Source: Octopus vulgaris
Taxonomy: Eukaryota
Assembly: GCA_951406725.2 (NCBI GenBank)
Contig: CATOCA020000001.1
Coordinates: forward strand, 1,178,001 to 1,242,000
Direction: 5' to 3'
Length of the DNA: 64,000 nt
Shown here: positions 53,070 to 64,000 of the stretch, one piece after another
How positions within the stretch are numbered: the first letter of the stretch is position 1
Layout of the letters: the number at the start of each line of letters is the position of its first letter
Notes under the pieces: generated by a model
What the model saw: the letters and a program-made list of their open reading frames with translations, nothing else
Databases searched by the model: none
Told to the model about the DNA's origin: nothing
Program-made: the position numbers and the translations under genes

Positions 53070-53831
53070 TGGATAGTTAAAGAAGATTAGAAGCTACTCG
53101 CGAGAGGGTTAGGCACTACAGGCAGCAGATAAGAGAAGAACAGCGGTAAGAGACCAGAGAAAGGTACCAACAGATGAGAGGATCTGCAATAGATGAAGAG
53201 CAACGCAAGGCACAATTGTAGTGAGAGAGAATGCAAGACCAAGGTAGAAGACAGGATGAGGAAGAACAAACACAGTAGAAGGAACAACAAAGATTGATAT
53301 TTCTGCGGAGAATGGAAAACATGAATGATATGCAGCGTGCGCAGTATCAGGACCAACAGAAAAGCGTAATGTAACAGAGAAGGGAGAATATGGATGATTT
53401 GGAAAGGGCTGCTTGTCTCCAAGGTCAAACAGAGAGACATCAAGATGGAATTGCAATATGAATGCTGAACAGGCGTTACATTTGCAAGATGAACAGGTAC
53501 AACGAAAGGGTGAAGGAAGACATGGACTACCACTGAACAGACACAATAATCCTAAACGAACCTATCGTATTGGTGATATGTACTTATATTGCGAGTATTG
53601 TGGAGCACTGAACTTTAAATATGAAAACTTCATGTTCAGTCACAATAATAAAGTGAATTTTCCTCCACTGCAACTAAACCCTCAGACATTGAAGCGTTTG
53701 TCTGAGAAAATTACCAAGAGTCTGCTTCATTTCGAAAAAAACATCAGCAATTACAACTGCATATCTTCCTTTACGTCATTTGGTGTGAAACTCTCTGTGC
53801 CGCAAGGAAGAGGTCTACATTGTTTCTGTAT
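53070..53831 (+). mobile_element. Helitron RepHel N-terminal remnant (copy B)
   Basis: ORF 53413-53865: RIGDMYLYCEYCGALNFKYE...KVNFPPLQ...NYNCISSFTSFG...GRG. Confidence 0.85.
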
Positions 53832-56560
53832 TGTTGTGGAAGGATTTCGACCACCTTCCAATTGACTTAAAGGGAACTGACACATTCCTATTAAATAGAC
53901 AACTGTCGAGTCTTCAGCAATTAATTGGTAAATAGTTCACTGTGAGCCATTGACAGAGAGTGTTGGGTAATCGATTCGCGTCGTGTAAATACTTCCTTTC
54001 CCCCTTGTTCCTTAAATTAACTCTACAGACAGAAGCAGAAGAATGCCAGGGAACACGACGCAGAAAAAGGGAAGAAAAAGATTGCTCTCATATTCCAGTG
54101 TCTCCACCGTAACGGATAAGAAATAAGAGAAAAAATGTCAAGAAGGAGATCATGTTGTGGTCTACATTTTAAAAGTAACTGCCCGTTTAAAATCCAAAAA
54201 CGAAATTTTATCAAAACGTTTCAGTGAAAGAAGTTCTCTGCTAAATACTTTGAGGACAGTTTTTATATTTTGTCCAATAACATGAAGATTTCGTCACCTG
54301 TGCCGAGGATGTTAACGGAAAGTGTAAAAAATTCAAATCATATGAATTAAGATGATGTTCAAATGCATATTTTTGGTTTAAGGCCTAACTGCAAGCAAAG
54401 ATTGAGATATATGTTCACGGATGTCAACAAAATTAGAACTCGACAAAAAGTAACTCTACAAACAGAAGCAGAAGAATGTCAGGAAAGACGACGCAGAAAA
54501 AAATGAAGAAAGCGACGCCCAAAAAGAAATTGAAGAAAAAGATTGATCGCATATTCCAGTGTCTCCACTGTAACGGATAAGAAATAAGAGAAAAAATGTC
54601 AAGATCGAATCCATGTTGTGGGTTCGGTGGTCAACATTTTAAAAGTAATTGCCCGTTTAAAAATATAAAAGGCGTCAAATTTGGCAAGAGAGATCATAAA
54701 AAAATCACACTGTAGAACAAACCTGGAAAACAGTTCAAAAGAAGAAAACACGAAAACAGGTTATCGGTGACCAAAAAACGAACAGCCTCAAAGGAAATTT
54801 GTGGACGTAAAGTTGCAACTAGATAAGGGCAGTTATATCTCGATAATTAACAGAATTCCTAGATTAAAAGACATTTCGAAAATTACAGGTGGTATTTCAG
54901 GAAAATAATTACATTTTAATGGCGTAATGATAAATCACGTTCCATTTCGTGGGAAATGGAACAGATAAACCATGGAACATATCATTGGAACAGATAAACT
55001 TTTGCAGCGTTAGAAACAAATAAACAAAATCAGAGTGTATGCTGATTTTTCCACTGGTTTAAATGAGTGACTTAAAACGTTCCCATATCCGCTGCCTACC
55101 CTGGAGGATATATTTGGAAAATAAGAAGGTGGCAAGCTATTTTCTTAATTGGATATCTCTGATGCGTACCTACATATTAGAGTAGATGTGAATGCTATAA
55201 ATACCTAAAAGTTAACGCACATATATATACAACAGGTTACTGTATGCCTTTATGTCACACCGGCGATTTTTCAAAATATTATGGATGCAGTGTTAGCGGA
55301 TAATAAATTTGCATTTCCATATCTGGATGATATACTCATTAAAAGCGAATCACAAGATCAACATGTAGAGCATATAATATATATGTTCGAAAAAATTAGG
55401 GATTACAGTGAAAAAGAAAGCGTGAATTTTTTACTTACCGAAAATATAATTGGACAAACAATTGAAAGAAATGGACGAGGACCAGATCCGTTGATGGCAG
55501 ACGCAATTAAATACATGCCCCCTCCGACAAATATGACGACCTTACATGTTTGCTTTGGAGACAGGCAAATTATTACCAAAATTATATTCTAAATATTCAT
55601 AGGGTAAATGTTACAGTAGATGATGTATTTAAAAAATGTCAATTGAAATTGCTCTGAAAATTGTCAAAGGGAATTCGACGAAATTTTAAAATATTAACAT
55701 CTGATTTGTTGTTAGCACGCTTCGATTCTGTAGCGGAGAATGTTGTAACTTCAGATGCCTCTGAATACTGTATCGGCGCAGTAATGCTACATAAATAAAA
55801 AGATGGTAACATGAAGGCGGTGGTTCATGATATCAGCAGAAAATATTACAGCCAAATTAAAAAAGAGGCTCTTGTAATTATTTTTGCAGTAAAAAATTGC
55901 ATAGATTTTTACACGGCAGAAGTTTTTGAATACAGACAGATCATCGGCCGTTATTATCAGTATATGAGTAAAAGAAATAAATATCTAGCCGTACTGCTAA
56001 TAGGCTGCAACGCTGGGGTACTGTATCATTAAACTATGAATTTAAGATAGAGTATACACCATCTAAAAGATTAGGACCCGGTAATTGTTTATCAAGACCG
56101 ATTTCAGAAAATGCTGAAGCATTTGAAGATACCGTGATTGCTACTTTGCGAGCGGAAAATGAAATTAAAAGCAAACTGTATAACTCCATGCGTGAACTGC
56201 TATTTACGTTACAAGACATAAAATTACAATTGGGAAACGATATATTCATTACAAAATGAAAGAAATGCAGAAGGGTAAAAGAGGTAAAAGATATTCGAGC
56301 CTATCACAAGGTGTGACAATGTGCTGATGTATGCACAAAGAGTCGTAGTGCCAGCCACACTACAAAAGCAATTACTAAAGGAATTTCATATTGAGTCAAA
56401 GGCATTTCGATAATGAAATCGTTAATGAGAATTTAGGTATACTAGCCAACAACTGACTGTAATATTGACGATATAGTGATAGTATGCAATACGCTGTTTT
56501 CTAGCTCCAAATACACCCGTCACGAAATGGCACCCGTGGCCAAAATCACTTAAGGTTTCA
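53832..56560 (+). mobile_element. Ty3/Gypsy remnant (copy B): partial LTR and gag, RT, RNase H, start of integrase
   Basis: FPYLDDILI; VTSDASEYCIGAV; YSQIKKEALVIIFAVK; QTDHRPL; RVVVPATLQKQLLKEFH. Confidence 0.9.
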
Positions 56561-56689
56561 TATCACTTCGTTGTGGGGGACTGTTTTTCAACGTGATCTG
56601 AAGTGCATAAATGTAGAAAGCAGACATCTCTGGTTACAGAGATATTTGATGTCTGTTAGAAAGATCAGATCCATCTTTGATCAGCCGAT

Positions 56690-57065
56690 ACCGATGCCAT
56701 TTCAGTTGCGTATTACGTTTGCTGTCCTCTGCACCTATTCAAGTTCTTCCAATGTTCTTCGCCTGTGGAATACTGACAAGAATTCTATGATGGAAGATTA
56801 TGCTCACCGAGGGCTGAATGCAGACTCTACACTCCATAAATTCTGTGTTAATTGAAAATGGCATTAGCTGGTTTAATATTAGCCTGCTTGAACCAATTGG
56901 AATGTAACGGGTTGAGCAGAAAGATGACATGAAGCACCCACTCATTGCAACCCTTACCAACGAGCAGAAAGGGATCGCCGATGCAGTCATTAAAGACAGT
57001 TGGTAAGAAAAGGTTGAGGTGAGATGCTGGAATCTTTCTATTTCTCCGCAGATGTTCCCGGGGGC
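56690..57065 (+). mobile_element. Helitron RepHel central fragment
   Basis: MPFQLRITFAVLCTYS..NVLRLWNTDKNSMMEDYA, homologous to 7010-7385. Confidence 0.85.
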
Positions 57066-57207
57066 TGTAACTTCATAAATTCCAATTCAATCCGTACACT
57101 TCTGTAAATTTCTTATTTACTTTTGCAACGTTTTGTGTTTTGTGTTTGTTGTTGTTGAAGGAATTACTGATAAATGTAATTTCATAATTTACTGCCAGGA
57201 GTAACTT

Positions 57208-57720
57208 CAAACATTTCACTTAAACCCGCGCACATAATTAATTTCCCTAAAAATGTCTTATTTAGTTTTGCGCCGGTTTTTTGTTTGTCTGTTGTTAATG
57301 GCTTTTTTCTGGTTCCTTCGATACTGGCACTTTGGTTCAGAAAGTGACAGATTTCACTTCAACACGTACAATTCTTAATTCTCCGTAAATCTATCTTGTT
57401 AATGTTCTGCTCGTCGTATTAAGAAATATAATTTTCGTTACCCAGTTATTTTCATTGTTTACTATCTTCTGCGCCCGTGTATTTCTGTATAACCATGCCT
57501 AGAAGGAAGGTGTCAAATTTGTCTACAATGTCAAGGTAAAACCAAAAGAAAGTCTCTGTTCAGGGTAAGAGAGACAGCTGCAGAAAGGGAAGCATACCAA
57601 GAAACGAACAGACTGTGCACTACGAAAAAGCTAGAGCATCTCAGAGTGAGGAACAGAGGTATGCACGGCTGACAAGGAAAAAGATCTCCACTGCAGAGAG
57701 ACAAGGAATAAGATCTCCAC
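57208..57720 (+). mobile_element. Second Helitron-like 5' region and N-terminus (copy B)
   Basis: Paralogue of 20003-20545; ATGCCTAGAAGGAAG at 57495. Confidence 0.5.
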
Positions 57721-58206
57721 TAATTACATTTATTTTTGACTGAGTATTCGTTTTCCTCTTCTCCCTATTTTCTTTCTTCTTTCTCTTCTACTACTTTATT
57801 TTCCCTCTAAGCAGTTATGAAAGCGAAAGCTCATTAGGTCACTTTATCTAAAGAGGAACGCAAGATTTCCTCGTTCATATTTGAATCTTTTGCATGTCTG
57901 CAGTCTTATTTGTATTTTATTCGTTCCCCAACTAGATGGCAGAATAACAACATGCCAGATGACACTCGAAATCTTTAGCCACACACAACTTTACCGATGT
58001 GCCTAATGGGATCCAGACTGATCGATGTGCCTGATGGGATCCAGACTGATCGATGCAGCACAACACGTTGAACAGAGACCCACAAATAAAGGACAATAGC
58101 AAGATGGTTCGAAACGAATGTAGTACAGAATAAAATTTAATACCAGATCCATCATTTCGTTATTAAATATAATTATGTATACACAAATACATACAAATAA
58201 GCAAAC

Positions 58207-58254
<48 letters not shown>

Positions 58255-58311
58255 CTCTTTTTGTTCCACGTCTTCACGTTGTTGTGGTTCTTTGTGCTTT
58301 CTCATTTGGAT

Positions 58312-58346
<35 letters not shown>

Positions 58347-58349
<3 letters not shown>

Positions 58350-60300
58350 GGTGGGCCGGCCTGTGAAACCCACCGACAAAGCAATTTTCTAGACATCCTA
58401 CTGAAACCCTTGCTGAAATACATCAAAAGTTTCATTAGAGAAAATCCGATTAATGAAGAGGCAATATTGGTTTCCCTCGATGTTATCAATCTTTACACCA
58501 ACATCTCCCATGACTTTGGAATAAAAGCAATTAAATTCTGGTTGGAGAAGCACATCGAAGTCCTCCCGGTATGCATAAACTAGATGTTTATAATTGAATC
58601 CTTAAAATTTATACTTCAGGACAATTATTTACTATTTGATGACACATACTATCGTCAGAAATGCAGAAGTGCGATGGAGACGAAAGAAGCTCCTGTTCTT
58701 GCGAACCTCATAATGGGTTATTTTGAATTCACCTTATATGAAGTATCACTTCAGAAATATTGTTACCCATTTTACCTCTACATTAGAGAAAATTGGAAGA
58801 CATATCTAGATGACTGCTTTATCATCTGGAAGGAGAACATCGACAAACTCTTGGATTTCAAATTGACACTAGATGACATAAATAGTAACATTCAACTCAC
58901 AATGGAATACAACAAAGAATATCTCCCATTTTTAGACATCATGATAAAAAAAGTTAACAATGAAATCATAACTGACATTTATTATAAACCAACTGATTCA
59001 AAACAATATCTTCTCTTTAACTCATACCACCCGAATCACATCAAAGTAAACATCCCTTTCAATTTAGCAAAAAGGTTCTGCACGATAGTGTCTGATAGAA
59101 CAACTCGGGATGTTCGTCTTCAAGACCTCAAAACAATACTTATTGAAAGACAATATCCAGCCTCACTTATCGACGAAAGAATTGAACGTGCCAAACAATT
59201 AGACACAAAAACACTGAGAACAACAAAACATAACACCACACCTCAACTCAAAGCATTACTATTTATATCAACACACAACCACAGAAACAGTGAGTCATTC
59301 ACCACTATTGTGCAAACTCTTCCTTTGCTAACTATAGATCCAAAAATGAACGACATCCTGAAAACACAGAAACTCATCAAATGCAAAAGACAAGACAAAT
59401 CTCTAAAGAGATTGTTAACGAATGCGAAGCTTTACAAAACAACCACGATACCACCGGTTGAAAAATGTGGGCGCCCAAACTGTGGAACCTGCCCCAACCT
59501 GGTTGAAGGCTCGGATTTCCTTTTCAAACAATGACAGAGGTTCACAATCAAGACTAGTTTCATTTGTGCCTCTGAGAACCTAATTTATGTAATAATATGC
59601 TCGGGTTGCGGACACCACTATTTTGGACAAACGAGTATGACCTTTAGAAAGAGAACCACTCTACATAAAGAGCAAATCCGTTTCCCCGAACACTGACAAA
59701 TTCCTCTCAGTGAACATTTAGAAAAATGTGCAGGTAACATCAAACCAAATTTCAGAGTCTTCCCTTTCTACCAGTGCAAACACGCAATCTCTCAACTAGA
59801 ACGTTTAAATAAAGAAACTTTTTTTATTGAAAATTACAAAACACGTCTTAATATCCACGCATAACCAACTTTTATCTTTTTACATATTTCAATTCACGAT
59901 TACATTACAGTACATAAATCCCCTACTAAAAAAGGTTTTTGAAACTTGTGTCTGGCTATACACATATATAATCTCCACCCATTACCTAAAGCTGAACTGT
60001 TATCTCCCTTACCTACAACAATAACAATAATAACGACAATCAATTACCGCCATTTATTTATCTGCTTGTCAAGTAATCCTCTCGTGAATTTCGTCACACA
60101 CAATATGGACAAAATTTCTTCTTAAAAAAATATATATTCAAATAAGTAAAACATAATATCATGAATAGCGATATCAAAACCGGTTGATATATTAAAAATT
60201 ACATTCAAACTATGTAAGTGTTCGGATTTTCCTTTTTAATTTCTTATATACATTACAACTCACAACGTGGGGATAATCGAAATTCCTTTTTTCTGTTACT
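58347..60300 (+). mobile_element. Penelope-like element family 1 (copy B, less deleted)
   Basis: 316-aa RT ORF at 58584-59534 (YLDDCF, TDIYYKPTDSKQYLLFNSYHP, CGRPNCGTCP); GIY-YIG remnant follows. Confidence 0.95.
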
Positions 60301-60326
60301 TAAACTACTAATATAAATATATATTT

Positions 60327-60403
60327 CTCTATATATATAAAACTGAGAATGTGTGTCTGTCTGTCTATCTGTGTGTTTCCCTAAACTTGAGAACTACACA
60401 ACC
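60327..60403 (+). mobile_element. Non-autonomous Helitron 5' fragment
   Basis: TCTATATATATAAAACTGAGAATGTGTG(TCTG)n resembles the 5' end of 38649-39197; absent from copy A. Confidence 0.6.
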
Positions 60404-60603
60404 ACTACTACTACTACTACTAACCTATTTATATAGGTTATGAGAGGTAATGGTGTGAAGGAGACCCAAATGTGTCAGGTAATGCTGTGTAAGTGCTATG
60501 GACATACTATAGTTAAGCTCCAGGTTCGGTGATTATGCAAATAAGGAGTCAAATGTAGGTCATATATTAACATGCATATATTTATATAAAATTAACAGAA
60601 TGA

Positions 60604-60860
60604 AATAAAGATCCAAGGCTGTGAAAGATTTCAGAACATTTCTAGAGAGAAAACTTTACAGCTGTTTCCGGGATATTTATGTATCTCTTCATCGGAGACG
60701 GTGTGAGAAGATGGTTAAGCAATGGATATTCAAGAATAACTATTGCTTCACCATTCTCTCACACCGTCTTCGATGAAAGAATATATAAAATATCCCTGGA
60801 ACAGCTGAAAGACCTCTCTATAAATGTTCTGAAATCTTTCACAGCCGTGGACTTTTATCT
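60604..60860. repeat. Palindromic hammerhead-bearing cassette (copy B of 23140-23398)
   Basis: Left arm, minus strand: GTCT-CCGATGA-AGAGATA..TATCCCG-GAAAC-AGCT-GTA. Confidence 0.85.
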
Positions 60861-60922
<62 letters not shown>

Positions 60923-61097
60923 AACAACACACACACGCACATTTTCAATTTTTCAAATTTCTCAATCCCAAATTATAGATTGTCCATAAATAGTGGACCT
61001 GGATTCCGTAAAGATACTTTTCTATATGAAATACCCATTTTCTAGTTTCACGGCACGAGAAACATTTGAATTACCCGATCAACGACAAGTATTGCTG

Positions 61098-61157
<60 letters not shown>

Positions 61158-61159
<2 letters not shown>

Positions 61160-62013
61160 CGCGTTAGTATCAACATTTCACGGACAAACTCTAAAGCGCG
61201 CCAACGCTTGGATGCACACGATTGCATGCACGGTGATGGCGAGCAGTGACCTTCATGAAGCAGTATGCTGAGTAACATCGATGTGTATACATCGCACGAT
61301 GTGGAATTTGTATTTTTGTGATGACGTGTATGAACAGGACGGGTATGGAAGAAAGAACCAACATGAAATTTTACGTAAAAATTGGGAAGTCTGCTATAGA
61401 GAGATGGAGCATGCATCGGCAAGCTTATAGCGATGAGACAATGGGTCGTACATAATATTTCAAGTTCACAGGTGCACGACAGAATGACAGCTTAATCAAG
61501 AGCATTTTCAATATTTTTTCTACATCGTCAGTATTGTGCATTGAGAATTCGACCACTAAATCCAAACCAGAGATCAATTGCGACATTTTAAAGCTTTTCA
61601 AGGATGACATTCGAGAAAACTGACTGGGTTTGTGGTGCGCAAAGTATTGGAATTTTCACGACGACAATGCACTCTGTCACCACACTCGTGGGTTTCTTGC
61701 CAAAAGCAACATGCTATCGCTTCTGTGCATGTCTTTATCACCAGATTCAGCACTTGGTGACTTCCATCTCTTCCCCCAAGATAAAAAATACGGTTCACTG
61801 ATCGAGATCAATGGGAAATTTAACACCGTTGTTGAGATCAAGATGTCCTCAAGAGGCCGGATTCCAAAAGTGTCAAGAAAGCTGGATCGGGTGTATTCGA
61901 AAAGCTTGGCGGTGTATTCCTGCACAAGGTGACTTTACCGAAGGAGATGAAGTTAATTTAAGTTAGTGTTATTAAACATAACTCATCCAGGAACATTACG
62001 ATGCCACTTTGTA
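61158..62013 (+). mobile_element. mariner remnant (copy B)
   Basis: Paralogue of 23958-24824; WNFHDDNALCH, SPDSALGDFHLFP. Confidence 0.85.
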
Positions 62014-62169
62014 TGTATACGATGGGTTTCTTTTAGTTACCTTGAACAAATATACACGAGTTTGTTGTGCTGTAAGCCAGAGTACACGCAGTGGGACTGA
62101 ATACAGTAGAAAATATTATATCACATTCATGCCAACGCCTAATCGTATGTACATATATATATATATATA

Positions 62170-62229
<60 letters not shown>

Positions 62230-62254
62230 TAGATAGATAGATAGATAGATATTT

Positions 62255-63125
62255 ACAGGTTGCAATACGAAATTATCACCAGTACATTTTTAATTTTGCG
62301 CATGCGCATTCTTTGTTTTTGACTTTGTCGACCACTCAGTATAGTATGATCAGTTGGGTACCGTCTGTGAGAAAAACAGCGCCATGGCGTAATTCAATCT
62401 GCCAGAAATTTTGGAAACGACATGCTGCACTGCTTGGCATTCGCGCCGAGAAATCTAATATGAACATTTCAGAGTGTTTGGGTGTCAGTCAGAGGAATGT
62501 GCAATCCAAGGACATGTACTTCGACTGATAAAAATCAAACATCCAGTCAACATCATGGTGTTTGGAGTGATCACTAATGATGGTGACATTATGCTTTCAT
62601 TCACGGTTTCATACTCAATACGGTGGCCTACATCAAGTGCCTGGCGAAGGTAGTGCTTCCCTGGAGAAAAGGGGTGGCTGATGGAAGATCCTATCTCTGG
62701 TAGCAGGACTGTGTACCATGCCATACAACCAGGAGAACCCAGCCATGGCTGTCAGACAAATTCTGCGACCACATCACCCCTAAAATCACGCCATCTAACT
62801 CCCCAAGCTGGAACCCCTTGATTATTATGCGTGGGACGCAGTTGACTGAGAGGTCAACAAAACCCCTTGTAACATCAAAGATAAACTGAATACAAGGATT
62901 TTGGCAGTATTCACCAAATTAAACAAGTTGACCGTCCAAAAGAGTTTCAAGAGATTCCGAAGCTGACCGGAAGACGTGGTTGAAGCCAATAGCGATTTTA
63001 TTGAAGACATTTACTTTCAAGATGCTTTTTCTGTTATTTTGGTAAATATACCTGTTAAAATGGGATGTCAGTTTTATTTTCATTTTTGCATAATTTAGAT
63101 GACACTATATTTACCGTACCCTGTA
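62255..63125 (+). mobile_element. Tc1/mariner remnant (copy B)
   Basis: Paralogue of 24992-25843; ends TACAGGTTGCA / CGTACCCTGTA. Confidence 0.8.
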
Positions 63126-63189
63126 CAAAATATATATATATATGTGAGTGTGTGTGTGTTTCTGTGTGTGTGTGTGTGTGTTTTGTGTG

Positions 63190-64000
63190 AGGATGCTCTT
63201 GAGTGCTACTGGTAAATCCTCCAATAGATGATACACAAGATAGCAATCCCTCCACACTATCTATCAAAAGCCGCCTTATCCACATATGGAATGAAAAACG
63301 TAAAGCCAGAAACTTTTCTTTCTGGAATACGATTAAAAACAACCACAAGGCAGAAATCTACGAACGCTGGTTAAACTCTACACCAATACTTTTGCCTCGT
63401 AAATTCGAAATTCAACGTATTCCAAAGAAGCCGACAACGGAAGTACGGTAGTAGTAATGAATAAAGATTACTACACAAATTTAATACATTCCATGTTGGA
63501 AAGTAATACTTACTATGAGAAATTAATACATAACAACCCACAGAAAACACTGAAAAACTTGCCCTCCTTACTCCAAATTCATGGAAAGGGTCTCACTAAA
63601 TTTGAAATAGACTTTTTACCCAATTTTAAATACGGTCCTAGTCTATTCTACGGATTACCCCCCCCCGAAAAAAAAATCCACACGTTTGTGAAGCCTGCAA
63701 AGTCTCTACAAGCCTATGCATTAATGTCCCTTCCTCTACTGACCTCAAAATGAGACCCATCATAGCTGGGCCTTCTTGTGAAACCCACCGTTTCAGCAAT
63801 TTCCTCGACATCTAACACAAAACGTTTTTTTAAAAATATGTGAAAAGCTTTATCAGGGATGACCTAGACATGCTGAACCACCTCCCGAATACATTAAAGG
63901 AAGGAACCATGCTGGTGTCTTTCGATGTGGTGAATCTGTACACCAATATCCCACATGAGTATGGTATAGAAGCAATCACATCCTGGCTAGAAAAATACCC
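63190..64000 (+). mobile_element. Penelope-like element family 2 (copy B, runs off the window)
   Basis: Paralogue of 25997-26660; FYGLP, RPIIAGPSCETHR, SFDVVNLYTNIPH. Confidence 0.9.

Noticed and set aside
56571-56690. Possible PPT and 3' LTR of the Gypsy element
   Set aside because: The sequence after GGGGGA does not match the 5' LTR starting TGTTGTGGAAGG.

Overview
AT-rich eukaryotic DNA made almost entirely of repeats. The tRNA-derived SINE families, dense (TA)n/(CA)n tracts and element mix suggest an octopus or other coleoid cephalopod genome (inference). I find no intact host gene; the long ORFs are decayed transposon fragments or microsatellite read-throughs. Recognisable elements: L1/Tx1, R4/Dong-like, HERO, RTE and CR1-like LINE relics; two Penelope-like (PLE) families; a Mag-type Ty3/Gypsy nested in a Helitron; several Helitron pieces; mariner and Tc1-like DNA transposons; SINEs. 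The window is dominated by a large tandem segmental duplication (copy A about 10751-26660+, copy B about 31885-64000+) with copy-specific indels. The most interesting signals are at the RNA level. (1) The HERO LINE 3' UTR holds a complete hammerhead ribozyme core whose strands are in a non-circularly permuted, pseudoknotted order. (2) About a dozen minimal hammerhead-like motifs sit in PLE ends and in small, often palindromic cassettes lodged in (TA)n tracts, with apparent compensatory C3-G8, U3-A8 and A3-U8 core covariation. All coordinates and folds were read by eye, so boundaries are approximate.
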